Shown one piece after another: positions 29,241-40,030 of a stretch of 55,008 nucleotides of DNA. Numbering within the stretch: position 1 is the stretch's first letter; every line of letters starts with the position of its first letter. Source of the DNA: a virus (taxonomy: Duplodnaviria; Heunggongvirae; Uroviricota; Caudoviricetes); IMG/VR virus record IMGVR_UViG_2925891887_000003, one strand, 5' to 3'. Position numbers and translations under genes: made by a program. The notes below the pieces were generated by a model. It was not told the origin of the DNA. It did no database searches and was given only the letters and a program-made list of their open reading frames with translations.

Positions 29241-30736
29241 TATGCAGACTCCTCTGAATACTGAAGACGGAACTGGTTAACCACGGCAAAAACACGCAAC
29301 TGGTTAACATAGTCAGGCGGGAACAGCGTGTTCAGGCGGTTCGGATCGCTGGCATCACGCTCCACAACCAGGTACTGCTTAAACAGTTCGTAGTTTTCCA
29401 CGATCCCCGCACGCTCAAGCTGACGGTAGGTTGCCAGCAGTTCCCCTTTGATTACCGCCGGGGTGACAATCGCCTGACCGGGACCAAAGCGGGTACCGTC
29501 GCTGGCAAGCTTGTGACGCCCGTACTTACTGGTAATGACGGATTTCAGTTTGCGCAGTACATACGCACTGGTATGCAGCGTCTCGCTGTCGAGGTAGCTG
29601 TTATCCGCAACCCCGTAAGCATTTTTCCTGTACGTGGTGACATCACGCTGAATGCGCAGCACCCCGCTTTCGACATACGCCGTTGCCACGCCATGAGACA
29701 GCAGGGTCTGCTGCTCGGTCATCGTGAACCGTTTCCCCTTCGGCGCAGGCAGCATACCCACCAGCTCACCGGTCTGCGTGGGACGTGCCGGATCGTTGCG
29801 GATAAACACCGCTGCGCGGGCGGTACGGCTTGCCGCCAGCTCGTCGGCAGGCGTCTGGGTCTCTTTTTCGTACCCCGCCAGGGTGATGTGCTGCTGGTTA
29901 AACTGGTCACCTGCGTTCACCAGTTCTGACAGTGTGCCGGTCTTTGCCGTATACACATGACCATACAGCTGACGCGCATAGCTCCAGCGACCGCTGGTAT
30001 CGTTCATTTCGGTCACCAGCGTGTTAACGGAGGCCGTGTCGTTGAACGGCAGACCGATATAATCAAACGGCTCATCCGCCATTGCAGCCACCGCGCCGGT
30101 GAGAACCGGAGCGCCCGTTCCGGCGGTCCCCGTCGCCACGGCAATCTGTACGCCCGCTGGCAGCACTTCGCCCCCACCGAAGCCGTAGTAATTGAGGCTG
30201 ACAGGAATTTCATTCCCGCAAAGCCCCTTATGACGCGCGGTCAGCGTGACAACACCAGCCGAAGATGAAGCTGTAAACGGCAGAGTCGGAACGGCATTGA
30301 TGGCATCTTTGATACTGCTGGCAATCGTCGTGACGTTATCGCCGTTGGTCACCGAAGCCTGCACGCGGGTACGTCCCACATAGACATTCACCGTGCCGCT
30401 TTCGGTTGCTTCCCCGGTCACCGTCAGCGTAACCGTTGCCGCCGCGCCTGTGGCTTCCGGAACGGCAATCACATACAGCTCACCAAACGGGTCGGTCTGG
30501 CGATAAGCCTCGACCATACGCGCCAGCTGACTTCCCGCACCACAAATCTGGCGTGCATAGTCTGCCGACGGCATCAGCACCAGACTGTTGGCAACAATCT
30601 CTGCACCGTTATTGGCATGACCAATCAGCAGCGATGCTCCGCTGTCCTGTGCAGTATTCGCAGCCTGGTTATCCATTTCCGCATAAAACAGCGGAACCAG
30701 CGTATTCGACGGAATGGTGTTAAAGCTTATCGTCAT
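29240..30736 (-). CDS. contractile tail sheath protein
   Basis: 498 aa; size and position upstream of tube/chaperone/tape measure. Confidence 0.75.
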   Translation of the reverse strand: MTISFNTIPSNTLVPLFYAEMDNQAANTAQDSGASLLIGHANNGAEIVANSLVLMPSADYARQICGAGSQLARMVEAYRQTDPFGELYVIAVPEATGAAATVTLTVTGEATESGTVNVYVGRTRVQASVTNGDNVTTIASSIKDAINAVPTLPFTASSSAGVVTLTARHKGLCGNEIPVSLNYYGFGGGEVLPAGVQIAVATGTAGTGAPVLTGAVAAMADEPFDYIGLPFNDTASVNTLVTEMNDTSGRWSYARQLYGHVYTAKTGTLSELVNAGDQFNQQHITLAGYEKETQTPADELAASRTARAAVFIRNDPARPTQTGELVGMLPAPKGKRFTMTEQQTLLSHGVATAYVESGVLRIQRDVTTYRKNAYGVADNSYLDSETLHTSAYVLRKLKSVITSKYGRHKLASDGTRFGPGQAIVTPAVIKGELLATYRQLERAGIVENYELFKQYLVVERDASDPNRLNTLFPPDYVNQLRVFAVVNQFRLQYSEESA

Positions 30737-30890
30737 CGGTGTTCACCTTTTTATTCACGCGCCGGATATCACCCGCTGCTTCACGGCGCAGCCAGTAGTT
30801 GTTCTCATCAACATTTCGCCCTTCGGCGGGCAAAAGGTCGCCGCGGGCAGGGTCAGGCACTGACCGCCCTTTAACAGGTTTCACAAACAT
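30720..30890 (-). CDS. small hypothetical protein (56 aa) upstream of the sheath gene
   Basis: Not in the ORF track (<60 aa). ATG at 30890; MFVKPVKGRSVPDPARGDLLPAEGRNVDENNYWLRREAAGDIRRVNKKVNTDDKL; fills the sheath-upstream gap and overlaps the sheath start by 17 nt. Confidence 0.35.
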   Translation of the reverse strand: MFVKPVKGRSVPDPARGDLLPAEGRNVDENNYWLRREAAGDIRRVNKKVNTDDDKL

Positions 30891-30898
30891 GATGATCC

Positions 30899-31459
30899 TC
30901 AGGAAGGAAGGGGTATTTCGGTGTGATGTTCGATATCGCCGTCAGGCCCGTTACCGGGATCGAGATAATCAACATCAATCGCCAGCGTTCGCAGTTCATC
31001 CAGACTGTTCAGGTCATCCTGCTGGCGGGTATCGTCTTCGGTCAGCTCGCTGATGACCGAAAAATCGAACTGATAAATCAGCTCATGACGATTCAGATCC
31101 AGCAGCGTGCCGCCGTCATAGGTAATCGGGTTACCGCACGCTTCCGGGTTCCAGCCCAGCAGGGCCTTAAAGAGCATCTGCCGGACATCGTCCACCACAT
31201 CATACGAAGCAAACTGACCGCGCTCATCACGCCCGTTACTCAGTATGACAACCACGGAGAAGCCCTCTTTCAGCTCCTGCCAGTAGTCGGTCTGGCTTTT
31301 GTTTTCTCCCGGAGAGTCATCACCCGGTACCACATACGCCGCCGGGAGTCTCAGCTTTCCGACCTCCGGCAGATTTTTGAACTGTGCCGCGCCTGCCACC
31401 CGGTTTTCAAAATACGGGCAGCGGGCACGCAGCGCAGCAATAACAGGCGTCAGTTTCAT
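30899..31459 (-). CDS. virion structural/morphogenesis protein (Mu gp37-like)
   Basis: 186 aa in the head-tail joining region; positional. Confidence 0.4.
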   Translation of the reverse strand: MKLTPVIAALRARCPYFENRVAGAAQFKNLPEVGKLRLPAAYVVPGDDSPGENKSQTDYWQELKEGFSVVVILSNGRDERGQFASYDVVDDVRQMLFKALLGWNPEACGNPITYDGGTLLDLNRHELIYQFDFSVISELTEDDTRQQDDLNSLDELRTLAIDVDYLDPGNGPDGDIEHHTEIPLPS

Positions 31460-31962
31460 CTGCGTCGTCGCTCCGGCTTCAGTGATTTACGTAATTCCCG
31501 CGCCAGAAAATAGCGTGTCCAGCTGCGGTTCTTTTCAAGAGTTTCCACCATAAAGTTATTACGTGGAGCCAGCCGCCAGCCGCTGCCACCGGATGCACCA
31601 CGATGATGACTACGACGACGTTTTGCTCCTCCCCGGACACCAAAAAACAGAAACGCCGGATAGAAGTCACCAGAGATCATCCGGTTCCCCTTCCCGTTGC
31701 GCTGGTTAGGGGCAATGCGTGTCATAAAACCGGCTCGCTTTTTACTGGCTCTCGGCACCATGTAACCAATCGAACGAGCCAGGCGTCCGGTCTGATAACC
31801 GGGGTTTTCACCCGGTGCCGACCGCGCACGGCGCATCACCAGCCGACGGGCATCACGCATATGACGCTGCCCAATCGTGACAAACGCCCGCCGGACACGG
31901 GCGCGGTTAAAGCGCATCTCCGCGGGCTGCTGAACATCAACGTGAAAAAAGGGAGTCGCCAT
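31456..31962 (-). CDS. virion morphogenesis protein, Arg-rich
   Basis: 168 aa; positional. Confidence 0.35.
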   Translation of the reverse strand: MATPFFHVDVQQPAEMRFNRARVRRAFVTIGQRHMRDARRLVMRRARSAPGENPGYQTGRLARSIGYMVPRASKKRAGFMTRIAPNQRNGKGNRMISGDFYPAFLFFGVRGGAKRRRSHHRGASGGSGWRLAPRNNFMVETLEKNRSWTRYFLARELRKSLKPERRRR

Positions 31963-32347
31963 TGCTGCCTCCGTGACTCTGCGTAAATTCGCCCAGTTCC
32001 GTACACTCCAGCAGCAGAAAGCGCCGCGCCCCGTTCAGATCGCGCTGACGTTTCACCCGGTACACACTGTCATCACAGACCACCTCATAATCAGCAGTGA
32101 TCCCCCGGCGGTAGCGAATGGTGATGTAATGGGTGATGGCATCTCCGGTCTGCGCGGTTTCCTGCCAGGTGGTGGCACTGGTCTGGATAACCTTCGCCCA
32201 TGCCCGGAACGCAACCGGGTATTGAGGCTCCACGCCAAAGTTATCCGCGGGCATATCCACCCGCTGGCGGATCAGGACGCGTTTATTCAGTTCGCCGGGA
32301 TCCGGCAGAATGTAGGTTGCGCTGGTCTGCGCCTGACGAATTTTCAT
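31937..32347 (-). CDS. head closure / head-tail adaptor protein
   Basis: 136 aa downstream of the capsid and connector genes. Confidence 0.4.
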   Translation of the reverse strand: MKIRQAQTSATYILPDPGELNKRVLIRQRVDMPADNFGVEPQYPVAFRAWAKVIQTSATTWQETAQTGDAITHYITIRYRRGITADYEVVCDDSVYRVKRQRDLNGARRFLLLECTELGEFTQSHGGSNGDSLFSR

Positions 32348-32667
32348 AGTGGTATAAGGCGATAAGGAGCAACCAACCAGTTAAAACTCATTGGCAACTC
32401 CATTTTCTCAACGTCTGTAACCGTTGAGCGGTTTTCGTAGAAATGGCTGACAAGTAGCAGGAGCGCCAGCTTCACATCATCAGATATCACAAGCCCATCA
32501 GGATCATCCGCAGGCCTGTCATCTGCGGTTGCATACAACGTACGGTTAAGGAAGTTTTCCGTCCGACTCTGAGCGGCCTTCCCAAGTAGTTCAAGCAACT
32601 CATCTTCATCAGAGAAATCATCATCCAGACGAAGCTGAAGCTTAATCTCTTCCATTTTTAACAGCAT
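32344..32667 (-). CDS. head-tail connector (gp6-like) protein
   Basis: ORF 32344..32712; internal ATG (MLLKMEEIKL...) preferred; acidic small protein right after the major capsid gene. Confidence 0.4.
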   Translation of the reverse strand: MLLKMEEIKLQLRLDDDFSDEDELLELLGKAAQSRTENFLNRTLYATADDRPADDPDGLVISDDVKLALLLLVSHFYENRSTVTDVEKMELPMSFNWLVAPYRLIPL

Positions 32668-32745
32668 AAAACCTCCTGTGCCCGCCAGAACGCAGGCACA
32701 AAAAAACCGCATTACGCGGCGTGCTGTATTACGTAAAAAGACTAA

Positions 32746-33975
32746 TCAACCACCAACGCTACCTTTCCCCACCAGCGCTTTAATGGCAGAGGTGTCTTCC
32801 AGGATACAGTCAAAACGATGGAAGGCCAGAAAACCGGTCTGATCATATTCCGCGTAACGCTCAACCAGACGTTTAAGAATCATGTATCGCACACGACGGA
32901 TAATGAAGCGATCAAAGTCACCACAGAACATGAATTTTTTACCCGCCCCGATATCATCAATTTCCTGATCAATGACATACGGTACATTCAACACTGAAGC
33001 AGGTGCCACACCAACAATATCCGGCAACCATAAAGGGCGTCCCTGACCGTCTTCCATCTCACTGATCAGTTTCAGCGTATTATCGTTAAACGCCAGGCGG
33101 AATTTCGGTCCGCGACGATATGCAGGATCAATGCTGTGTTTCAGAGCCAGAATTTCCTGCCACTTCACCGCATTTGCCGCGGCAGTCTGTGTTGTGCCGG
33201 TCACTGATGCTGCCAGCCCTTTGGGTTGTTTAGGCGTACCAGCACCAGTCCCCTGAATCAGATAACGGGCTTCACCACGACCAATACGTTCAGCAATGCG
33301 ACGGGCAAGATAAGCTTCCATATCGATCGCGCTGTCCTGCAGCAACTCATTAGACACACGAATGATTTTCGATGTCATTTTGAGCGCCCCAAGGCTTCCC
33401 ATACCGAAATCGGTGTCTTCTTCACCGGCTTCTTCATTTTCGCCCAGCAGAACACCAACTTCGGAAGTACCATCAGCTGTTGCCCACTCCATAGTGCGAC
33501 CGTCAGAAGTGGTCAGAATCTGCGCCACACTGGCGATACCACCGTAGGATTTCATCTTCTCAACAACTTTCGCCAGGAATGTTTCTGGTACGGTATATCC
33601 GCCCTTTTCATCCTGAGCTACCCCCTGGGCACGAAGTTCACGCAACGCCTTTCGTTCTTCTGATGTCAGCTCACTGGCACCGTGACGCATCCACTTATCA
33701 AAAACCTGAGCTCGTTTCTCATCCTGTTGTGGATTGTTTTCCGGATCAAGATTCTGACGCTGCTCTTCCTCATTGCTTTCAATGTACGCCTGATCCTGAC
33801 GACGCAGTTCTTCTTCGCGTGCAATTCGTTCATCAAGCGCTTCCAGTTCGGATTTTGCTTTGTTCCACTCAGTGCGCTGCTCTTCCGTCCATGCGTTATC
33901 ACCAATTTTTTCATTCAGGGCGCGCATGTCAGTTGCGATAGTATTACGTTTCTGTTTCAGTTCATGCAGTTTCAT
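32746..33975 (-). CDS. HK97-family major capsid protein (with N-terminal coiled-coil/delta domain)
   Basis: 409 aa; charged coiled-coil N-terminus then capsid core; preceded by protease and portal genes in the canonical order. Confidence 0.85.
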   Translation of the reverse strand: MKLHELKQKRNTIATDMRALNEKIGDNAWTEEQRTEWNKAKSELEALDERIAREEELRRQDQAYIESNEEEQRQNLDPENNPQQDEKRAQVFDKWMRHGASELTSEERKALRELRAQGVAQDEKGGYTVPETFLAKVVEKMKSYGGIASVAQILTTSDGRTMEWATADGTSEVGVLLGENEEAGEEDTDFGMGSLGALKMTSKIIRVSNELLQDSAIDMEAYLARRIAERIGRGEARYLIQGTGAGTPKQPKGLAASVTGTTQTAAANAVKWQEILALKHSIDPAYRRGPKFRLAFNDNTLKLISEMEDGQGRPLWLPDIVGVAPASVLNVPYVIDQEIDDIGAGKKFMFCGDFDRFIIRRVRYMILKRLVERYAEYDQTGFLAFHRFDCILEDTSAIKALVGKGSVGG

Positions 33976-33985
33976 GATGTTTCCT

Positions 33986-34588
33986 TTACGCGTTAAGAAG
34001 GGTCAGGACGCGTTCACGCGCCATACGTTGATTAATGGCTTTCTGTAGCGCGCCGCTGTTGCGCGCCTCCTGCCATGCTTTCATGGAGCGAACAGCCGAG
34101 TCAGCCTCCTGATAGGCAGGATATGTCACAGGACTGACATCCAGCAGACGGGAAAAGCGGGTTATCTCGCGAATAACAACCCCATCCTCATCCTGATACC
34201 ACTCCTCACCGTCACGGGCGACACGGAAAGCGAAAGATGACTGGTTAATATCTCCACGTTGCATCGGGGCCAGCACCAGATCACGAATGGTCTGTGTCTC
34301 CGGAGCCTGGATGTCATAGCGTAATCCGCGCTCATCAACTGAAAGATTCAGCGTGCCTGCTGCACTACGCCCAAGAATAAAATTAGGATCGTGGTTAAAC
34401 AGTGCGCGTACATCATCACCAAGCACATCGTCAAAAGCGCCGGGCCGGATGATTTCGCGGAATGAACCGAATATCAGCTCAGAACGACAGTCAAACACCG
34501 ATCCATAACCGATAATGTGCGCCGGGTTATCGTCATGCCTCTCAGCACGCACCTCACCGCTGTAACAACGGATTTCACGGTCATTCAT
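33986..34588 (-). CDS. HK97-family prohead protease
   Basis: ~200 aa between the portal and capsid genes. Confidence 0.75.
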   Translation of the reverse strand: MNDREIRCYSGEVRAERHDDNPAHIIGYGSVFDCRSELIFGSFREIIRPGAFDDVLGDDVRALFNHDPNFILGRSAAGTLNLSVDERGLRYDIQAPETQTIRDLVLAPMQRGDINQSSFAFRVARDGEEWYQDEDGVVIREITRFSRLLDVSPVTYPAYQEADSAVRSMKAWQEARNSGALQKAINQRMARERVLTLLNA

Positions 34589-35807
34589 TGGTTTTTCCCT
34601 CATCGTTTTTTGGGGGCTTAAAATCTCCTGCCGGGTTAGCAGCGTTCACGCTTACCAGCATCTCATCCAGCCCTTCAACCGGATTCATATCCTCGAATGC
34701 GCGGGCCTCATTACGGCTCATCCATCCATCGGTAATAGCGAAGTGATAGAATTGCGCGCGCTCCTGCGGAGTTCCGCGTAAAAGCCCCGTCAGATTGAAC
34801 CTGACGTAATACCCGGCGGCTAACTCAGCGCGGGTAAACAAGCGACGGTTAAGCTCCTGCTCCCAGTTCATCACCCACGGCATCATCGTGTAGCGGACAA
34901 ACTGAATCGCCTGCGCAGAAATATTGGAGAAGGTGGCTTTTTCGAGGTCATTAATCATGTGCGCAGGAATATTGAAAATACCGGCAATCATTGAACGGTT
35001 CAGTTTCATCATGTCAATGATCTGAGCGTCAACTGGCGACACAGTCAGTGCCTTGTAATCCAGATCGGCTGGCAGCAGCATGGTTTTGTTTTCCTGGCTG
35101 CGTAACGCCTGCGATGCCTTCTGCCACTGATCTTTAAGCCAGCCCCAGCTGTCCTTATTGAGTCCGCTTTTAACGGATACTATCCCCGCCGGACGGGCAT
35201 TACCGCTGAAGAAGCTTTCTGTGTATTTCTGACCGCTCATCCCCATGCCTATTGTTTCGGCATGTTGCATAATCGGACTCAGCCCCATCTTCTGATTATT
35301 ACCCAGCGCTCGGATGTGGATCATATCGTCGGGGCTGATCGCAAACGCCCCATATTCGTTGTACAAACCGTAGGTGTATCGGCCACCAGTATTCATCAGC
35401 GTCGTTTCCCACGGCATACAGCAATCCAGGGATATGACTTCACCGCGACGATTACGTTTCACCCAGGTATACCCATTCCCCCAGCCAAGGATGTGACGTT
35501 GCTTCAGTTCGCGCCATTTGTAACTGGTTTGCCAGGTATTGGGCTCATCATGAACCAGATAAAACGCCGGATGATCGCGTGCGGGCTCAACCTTCCCATT
35601 GTGCCTGCGCATAACATGCAACGGCATCTGGGCAAGGCTGGAAGACAGGACATAGATACAGGAATACACCGCAGCCAGTTTCATCGCAGTTTCAGGACTG
35701 ACATAAACGTCTGCCCGTAACAGCCCATCAGTATCAACGGCATCCCCGGTTATCGGGGTGGAAGGATTCTCCAGTGATTTACTTCTGAACAGAGCATCAA
35801 GCAGCAC
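34581..35807 (-). CDS. HK97-family portal protein
   Basis: 408 aa; directly downstream of the terminase large subunit gene. Confidence 0.85.
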   Translation of the reverse strand: MLLDALFRSKSLENPSTPITGDAVDTDGLLRADVYVSPETAMKLAAVYSCIYVLSSSLAQMPLHVMRRHNGKVEPARDHPAFYLVHDEPNTWQTSYKWRELKQRHILGWGNGYTWVKRNRRGEVISLDCCMPWETTLMNTGGRYTYGLYNEYGAFAISPDDMIHIRALGNNQKMGLSPIMQHAETIGMGMSGQKYTESFFSGNARPAGIVSVKSGLNKDSWGWLKDQWQKASQALRSQENKTMLLPADLDYKALTVSPVDAQIIDMMKLNRSMIAGIFNIPAHMINDLEKATFSNISAQAIQFVRYTMMPWVMNWEQELNRRLFTRAELAAGYYVRFNLTGLLRGTPQERAQFYHFAITDGWMSRNEARAFEDMNPVEGLDEMLVSVNAANPAGDFKPPKNDEGKTNE

Positions 35808-35958
35808 GCGTCCCCCTTCTGGCCATAGCCAGTGCGCCCACCAGCAGTAAACCGCCGGACAGCATCAGAGCCGGAGCCATACCAAACTGCAGGTAAAACC
35901 CGCACGTAAGCAGGCCAAAACCAGCCAGCCCGATAACATCAGCAATTAGTGATTTCAT
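35797..35958 (-). CDS. small hydrophobic protein (53 aa) between the terminase and portal genes
   Basis: Not in the ORF track. ATG overlaps the terminase stop (ATGA); [53 protein letters not shown], one or two predicted TM helices. Confidence 0.35.
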   Translation of the reverse strand: MKSLIADVIGLAGFGLLTCGFYLQFGMAPALMLSGGLLLVGALAMARRGTRAA

Positions 35959-37688
35959 AGAATTAAGAGATCATCGTCCGGATCAAGAGATGAAAGGAAA
36001 TCGTCGGGTTCTTTGAGCATTGCCCGACCGATCGCCATAATCAGTGCAACCGCACCATCGATTTTGTTTTCCGCCTGCTCCTTGACAGGCTTCACCACAT
36101 CATCGTTACCCGGAATGGTTTTGCCGACCACGTTGCCGATACACCAGGTCATGATGGGATTGCCGTCATGATGAAAGCGCCACGATTCAATCGCCGCTTC
36201 CAGCTCTTTCATCGGATCGGACATGTTGGTGTAGTTCTGAATGATGGTGATGGGGTTCAGGTCTTCATCAGCAAGGTCATGCGACAGCCCGGTCGCCCCG
36301 AAGGGGTCGATGGGTGACTCACTGACCGGGCTGATTTTGTTCGCCGCTTTGGCCTCCTCGAGGATGTAGCGATAATCCACCTCCGCACCAGCGGTAACAG
36401 TCAGAACGCCCATTTCCACCCATTTCTGAAAGCGTTCGGCTGTCCGGCGATCTTCATTTTTCTCGACGCTGTACACCGTGTCATACGGTACCCAGAAACG
36501 CGGGGCTACACTGTAGTAATGCGTTTTACCGTCAATCTCGCGGGTATAAAGTCGCGCCATGCTGTTCATATCCAGCTTACGCGCCAGGTCAAAGGCCAGA
36601 ATGCACGGCTGCCCCTCGAACTGCTCAAGGGTCAGTGATTTATCCTCGCAGCTCTGCCAGCTCACCAGGTTGAAATACGCCGAACGCGCCGACACCCAGA
36701 TATTGAGGTGTTTTGTTTTAAAGACGTTTGCCAGACGGGCGTTATTTTTCGCACGCTGCTGCTGACTTAACAAAAATTCGCGATAAACCGACACGCCAAT
36801 ATTTGGATTGGCTTTTTCCAGCACCTGCGGGTCGGTCCAGTCGTCTCCTTCATCAACGGTATAGATGATCCCGAACAGTTCATCGTTAGGCACCGAGCCG
36901 TTGAGCATCTCGATGACTTCCCGCCGCTTGTCGTAGCACGGCCCCTCAATGTTGTACCCGGCGGTGGTGATGGCCCACATCAGTGGCTGACGTCGCGCCC
37001 CCATCCCGGTAAGCATTGTGGTATAAAGCGCATCGGTGGCATGCTCGTGATATTCATCAACCACGGCACAGTGGGGTGATGAACCATCACCGGGGTTGCC
37101 GATCAGCGGTTCAAACCGCGCGCCATCCTCCGGACGGTTCATGTTTGAGGCGTTAACCTCAATCCCGAACGCTTCCGTCAGCATGGGTGTGCGTTTACAC
37201 ATCAGTCGCGCCGGGCGAAAGACTTCCCACGCCTGTTTCTCTGTCGTGGCACCGGAATACACTTCCGCGCCAAACTCGTTATCACAGGCAAAACAATACA
37301 GGGCAACACCGGCAGAGATTGCCGATTTGCCGTTCTTACGGGGGATTTCGGTATACACCTCCCTGAAGCGGCGCAGCCGGGAGCCTTTATTGACCCAGCC
37401 AAACGCACAGCAGATCACAAAGAGCTGCCACGGCTCCAGCGTGATGGGCATCCGTTTGAATGCCCACTCACCCTTGGTGTGCGGCAACAGCTGAATAAAT
37501 TTCGCGGCCCGTTCAGCCAGGTCCTTGTCGAAGCGGTAACGAAACGACTTACTTTTTTCCGCCATCAGGTCATCAAGATGGCGCTGGCAGGCCTGAATCA
37601 CAAACTGGCAGGCCACAATCTTTCCGCGCACGACATCACGGGCATACTGATTGGCTGCATTTACATTGGGGTAAGATTTCCGGCTCAT
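35955..37688 (-). CDS. terminase large subunit
   Basis: 577 aa; ATPase/nuclease architecture; flanked by the terminase small subunit and portal genes. Confidence 0.9.
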   Translation of the reverse strand: MSRKSYPNVNAANQYARDVVRGKIVACQFVIQACQRHLDDLMAEKSKSFRYRFDKDLAERAAKFIQLLPHTKGEWAFKRMPITLEPWQLFVICCAFGWVNKGSRLRRFREVYTEIPRKNGKSAISAGVALYCFACDNEFGAEVYSGATTEKQAWEVFRPARLMCKRTPMLTEAFGIEVNASNMNRPEDGARFEPLIGNPGDGSSPHCAVVDEYHEHATDALYTTMLTGMGARRQPLMWAITTAGYNIEGPCYDKRREVIEMLNGSVPNDELFGIIYTVDEGDDWTDPQVLEKANPNIGVSVYREFLLSQQQRAKNNARLANVFKTKHLNIWVSARSAYFNLVSWQSCEDKSLTLEQFEGQPCILAFDLARKLDMNSMARLYTREIDGKTHYYSVAPRFWVPYDTVYSVEKNEDRRTAERFQKWVEMGVLTVTAGAEVDYRYILEEAKAANKISPVSESPIDPFGATGLSHDLADEDLNPITIIQNYTNMSDPMKELEAAIESWRFHHDGNPIMTWCIGNVVGKTIPGNDDVVKPVKEQAENKIDGAVALIMAIGRAMLKEPDDFLSSLDPDDDLLIL

Positions 37689-38188
37689 GATTCGATAATT
37701 TTCAGAAACGGGTTAGTGGCTTTCTTCTGCCCCGCCAGGCCAATCAGACGCTGGCGGCTGCTGGGGTCGAGTCCGAGCATTGCCCCCGTGCTGCTCATCT
37801 CGGACTCCTGTTCTTTCTTGGCGGTCAGCTCCGGATTTTTGACCATACCGCCCATTGCACCGGTGATGGTGTTGCCCTGGCTGGCAATATTTTTCACGGC
37901 ACGTCGCCAGAACTCATAGGCCACACACCACCGCTCAAGCACCGCGAGGTCAGTCACGCACAGCAGGCCCTGACCGCAGAGTTCTTTGGTTGTCAGTTGC
38001 CACATGATCGTGGCGAGAGGGAGATCTTCTTCAGCGAACCACTCCGGTGGCTCAACACCTTTGATGGGCGTAAAAACAGGTTCATCTTTGTTCAGGGCTC
38101 GCTTGCCGGGGTTTCCGGCCAGCGCCTTGCGCGCCGTTGGCTTGGGGCGACGCCCGGAACGCCCCGCCGTTCCAGCCATATGCGGCAC
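37685..38188 (-). CDS. terminase small subunit (P27-family-like)
   Basis: 167 aa, GTG start (alternative ATG at 38179); N-terminal [14 protein letters not shown]... typical of this family. Confidence 0.75.
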   Translation of the reverse strand: MPHMAGTAGRSGRRPKPTARKALAGNPGKRALNKDEPVFTPIKGVEPPEWFAEEDLPLATIMWQLTTKELCGQGLLCVTDLAVLERWCVAYEFWRRAVKNIASQGNTITGAMGGMVKNPELTAKKEQESEMSSTGAMLGLDPSSRQRLIGLAGQKKATNPFLKIIES

Positions 38189-38304
38189 TCCTGGTTAAAT
38201 TTCATTTTTCGCGGGTATAAAAAAACGATGGGGCGGGCAGTCCGGAAGACGTCAGGTCACAGGGATTGGACCCGCCCCTACCCTCAAACAGTTGAGAATT
38301 ATTA

Positions 38305-38655
38305 TCACTTAAGCCGTTCACGGGCCGTCTTCGCCTTATGACACGGCCAGCACAAACTCTGCAGATTGCAGTCAGCATCAGTGCCGCCATGCGCTTTAGG
38401 GATAATGTGGTCAACGGTTTTCGCCTCACGCACCACACCGGCACGCAGGCACAACTGGCACAGGCCTTTGTCACGCTTCAGGACACGCGCGCGGATACTG
38501 ACCCACTTCGAACCGTAGCCGCGCTGATGACGGGATTGTCCAGGTTTGTATTGCTTCCAGCCTTCGCTTTTGTGGCTTTCGCAATAGCCTGACGGGTCAG
38601 TTGTGGTATGGCGGCAGCCGCGAACACGGCAGGCTCTGGGGATTAAGGCAGGCAT
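38305..38655 (-). CDS. HNH endonuclease (packaging-associated)
   Basis: 116 aa; CxxC...DHIIPKAHGGTDADCNLQSLCWPCHKAK; classic position just upstream of the terminase genes. Confidence 0.8.
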   Translation of the reverse strand: MPALIPRACRVRGCRHTTTDPSGYCESHKSEGWKQYKPGQSRHQRGYGSKWVSIRARVLKRDKGLCQLCLRAGVVREAKTVDHIIPKAHGGTDADCNLQSLCWPCHKAKTARERLK

Positions 38656-38928
38656 GAGAAATCGACTCGTTTAACTCTTCTCTGTCTACAACGCAAATCA
38701 CAAACTCCGCATTCTTCCCTCCATTAAAACTGAATATTGAAGAGGGACTATGAAAAAAGATTATTTAATCAATCTGATAATCAATATCTTACTTAAGATG
38801 ATAATAAAGCTTTGCGCAAATTGGATATTGGAACACTTCCACATATGGTTGAACAATCTGCTGTCTTACATGAGCTGACACTGTTCATCCGCACACGAGC
38901 GGTGTGGTAGGCATATTGATTCGAGCGC

Positions 38929-39426
38929 TTATGAATGCAGCCCGGGTATTGTGAGCTGCAGCTGGGTAGCCAGGTTACTAATTTCAGCCATCAGAACTGG
39001 CTTGGTGTAACGCCAAGCAGCCAGTCCCTGCCCGCAAAAGCTCGCCATATCTTTCTTCTGATCAAACTCGTGACACTTCATATTGAGCTGTGCACTTAAG
39101 CTGCTGCGATGCTGAAGCTCTCCGGTGAAGTAGTCATCGAGGACTTTATAGGCTGCATATTTAAATTCAGGGTTTAGCCATGCTGCGTAATCATAAGCAA
39201 CGAACTTTCCTCCATAAGTTCCACCGTGCACACCGCGTTCCGTAAAAACCACAGATTCGTGGTTTTTCTCCAGCTCAGCCAAGAACTCTTTGGTCTGCTT
39301 GTTTCGCAGGTAGTGGTACGGCGATTCAGATTCACTTTTACCACTAGCTTTCCACATGTCAGTGAGGCAGATCATTCCTGATTCATCAACACGGATCGGT
39401 GTATTAAAAAGCGTGATTGCTTTCAT
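38929..39426 (-). CDS. KilA-N domain protein
   Basis: ORF 38929..39609; internal ATG at 39426 (MKAITLFNTPIRV...) with AAGG RBS preferred; ...GTYGGKFVAYDYAAWLNPEFKYAAYKVL matches the KilA-N core. Confidence 0.55.
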   Translation of the reverse strand: MKAITLFNTPIRVDESGMICLTDMWKASGKSESESPYHYLRNKQTKEFLAELEKNHESVVFTERGVHGGTYGGKFVAYDYAAWLNPEFKYAAYKVLDDYFTGELQHRSSLSAQLNMKCHEFDQKKDMASFCGQGLAAWRYTKPVLMAEISNLATQLQLTIPGLHS

Positions 39427-39617
39427 AGCGCTTTTACCTTTTAGAAAATTGAGCCTGCCCCACAGAAAAGCCGCCCCGAGATGGTCGCCACCATATACGG
39501 CAGTTCTCAGGCTCAACTTTCTGAAAGGCTCGGGTGATAATGTGCGCGTGGGGTGCGCAGTGAAATTCAGATGTGAAAAAGCCCCGCTAAAAGCGAGGCC
39601 ATAAATCACTTGATATC

Positions 39618-39992
39618 TTACTGAGGACGTTGAAGAAATCCGTACTGAGCGAGTATCAGAACAATGTCATAAGACCCTTGCCTGTCTTTATAGCAAGTTT
39701 TATCAACTAACTCAGCTTTGCTGATTCCGGGCAAATCAAGAATCAGATTCGCAACTTCAATTGCCCTTTGGTACAACTTACCGACCTTTCTCTCCCCATG
39801 CTGTGGTTTTACATTCTTCAGATAACCGCTATCCGTCAGAGCGAGAAACGTTGCCCTTGGGCATCCTTTCTTTCTTGCCGATTCGCTTTCTGTAACCTCA
39901 GCGACAGCAGCCTCCCATGCATCACGAGGGGATAATGAATTATCAGCAACCAAATAATAAGCAATTAAAGCAGCACGCGCGTATTGAGACAT
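39618..39992 (-). CDS. hypothetical protein downstream of the lysis cassette
   Basis: ORF 39618..40043; ATG at 39992 (MSQYARAALIAYYLV...) preferred. No motif recognised. Confidence 0.4.
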   Translation of the reverse strand: MSQYARAALIAYYLVADNSLSPRDAWEAAVAEVTESESARKKGCPRATFLALTDSGYLKNVKPQHGERKVGKLYQRAIEVANLILDLPGISKAELVDKTCYKDRQGSYDIVLILAQYGFLQRPQ

Positions 39993-40030
39993 AATGCATC
40001 CATATACAAAAATCTTATGGTAAGACTTTT

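Noticed and set aside
22233-38592. Numerous 60-190-aa ORFs on the opposite strand of the tail, head and terminase genes
   Set aside because: High-GC coding regions produce long antisense ORFs by chance; all are nested within confident minus-strand structural genes.
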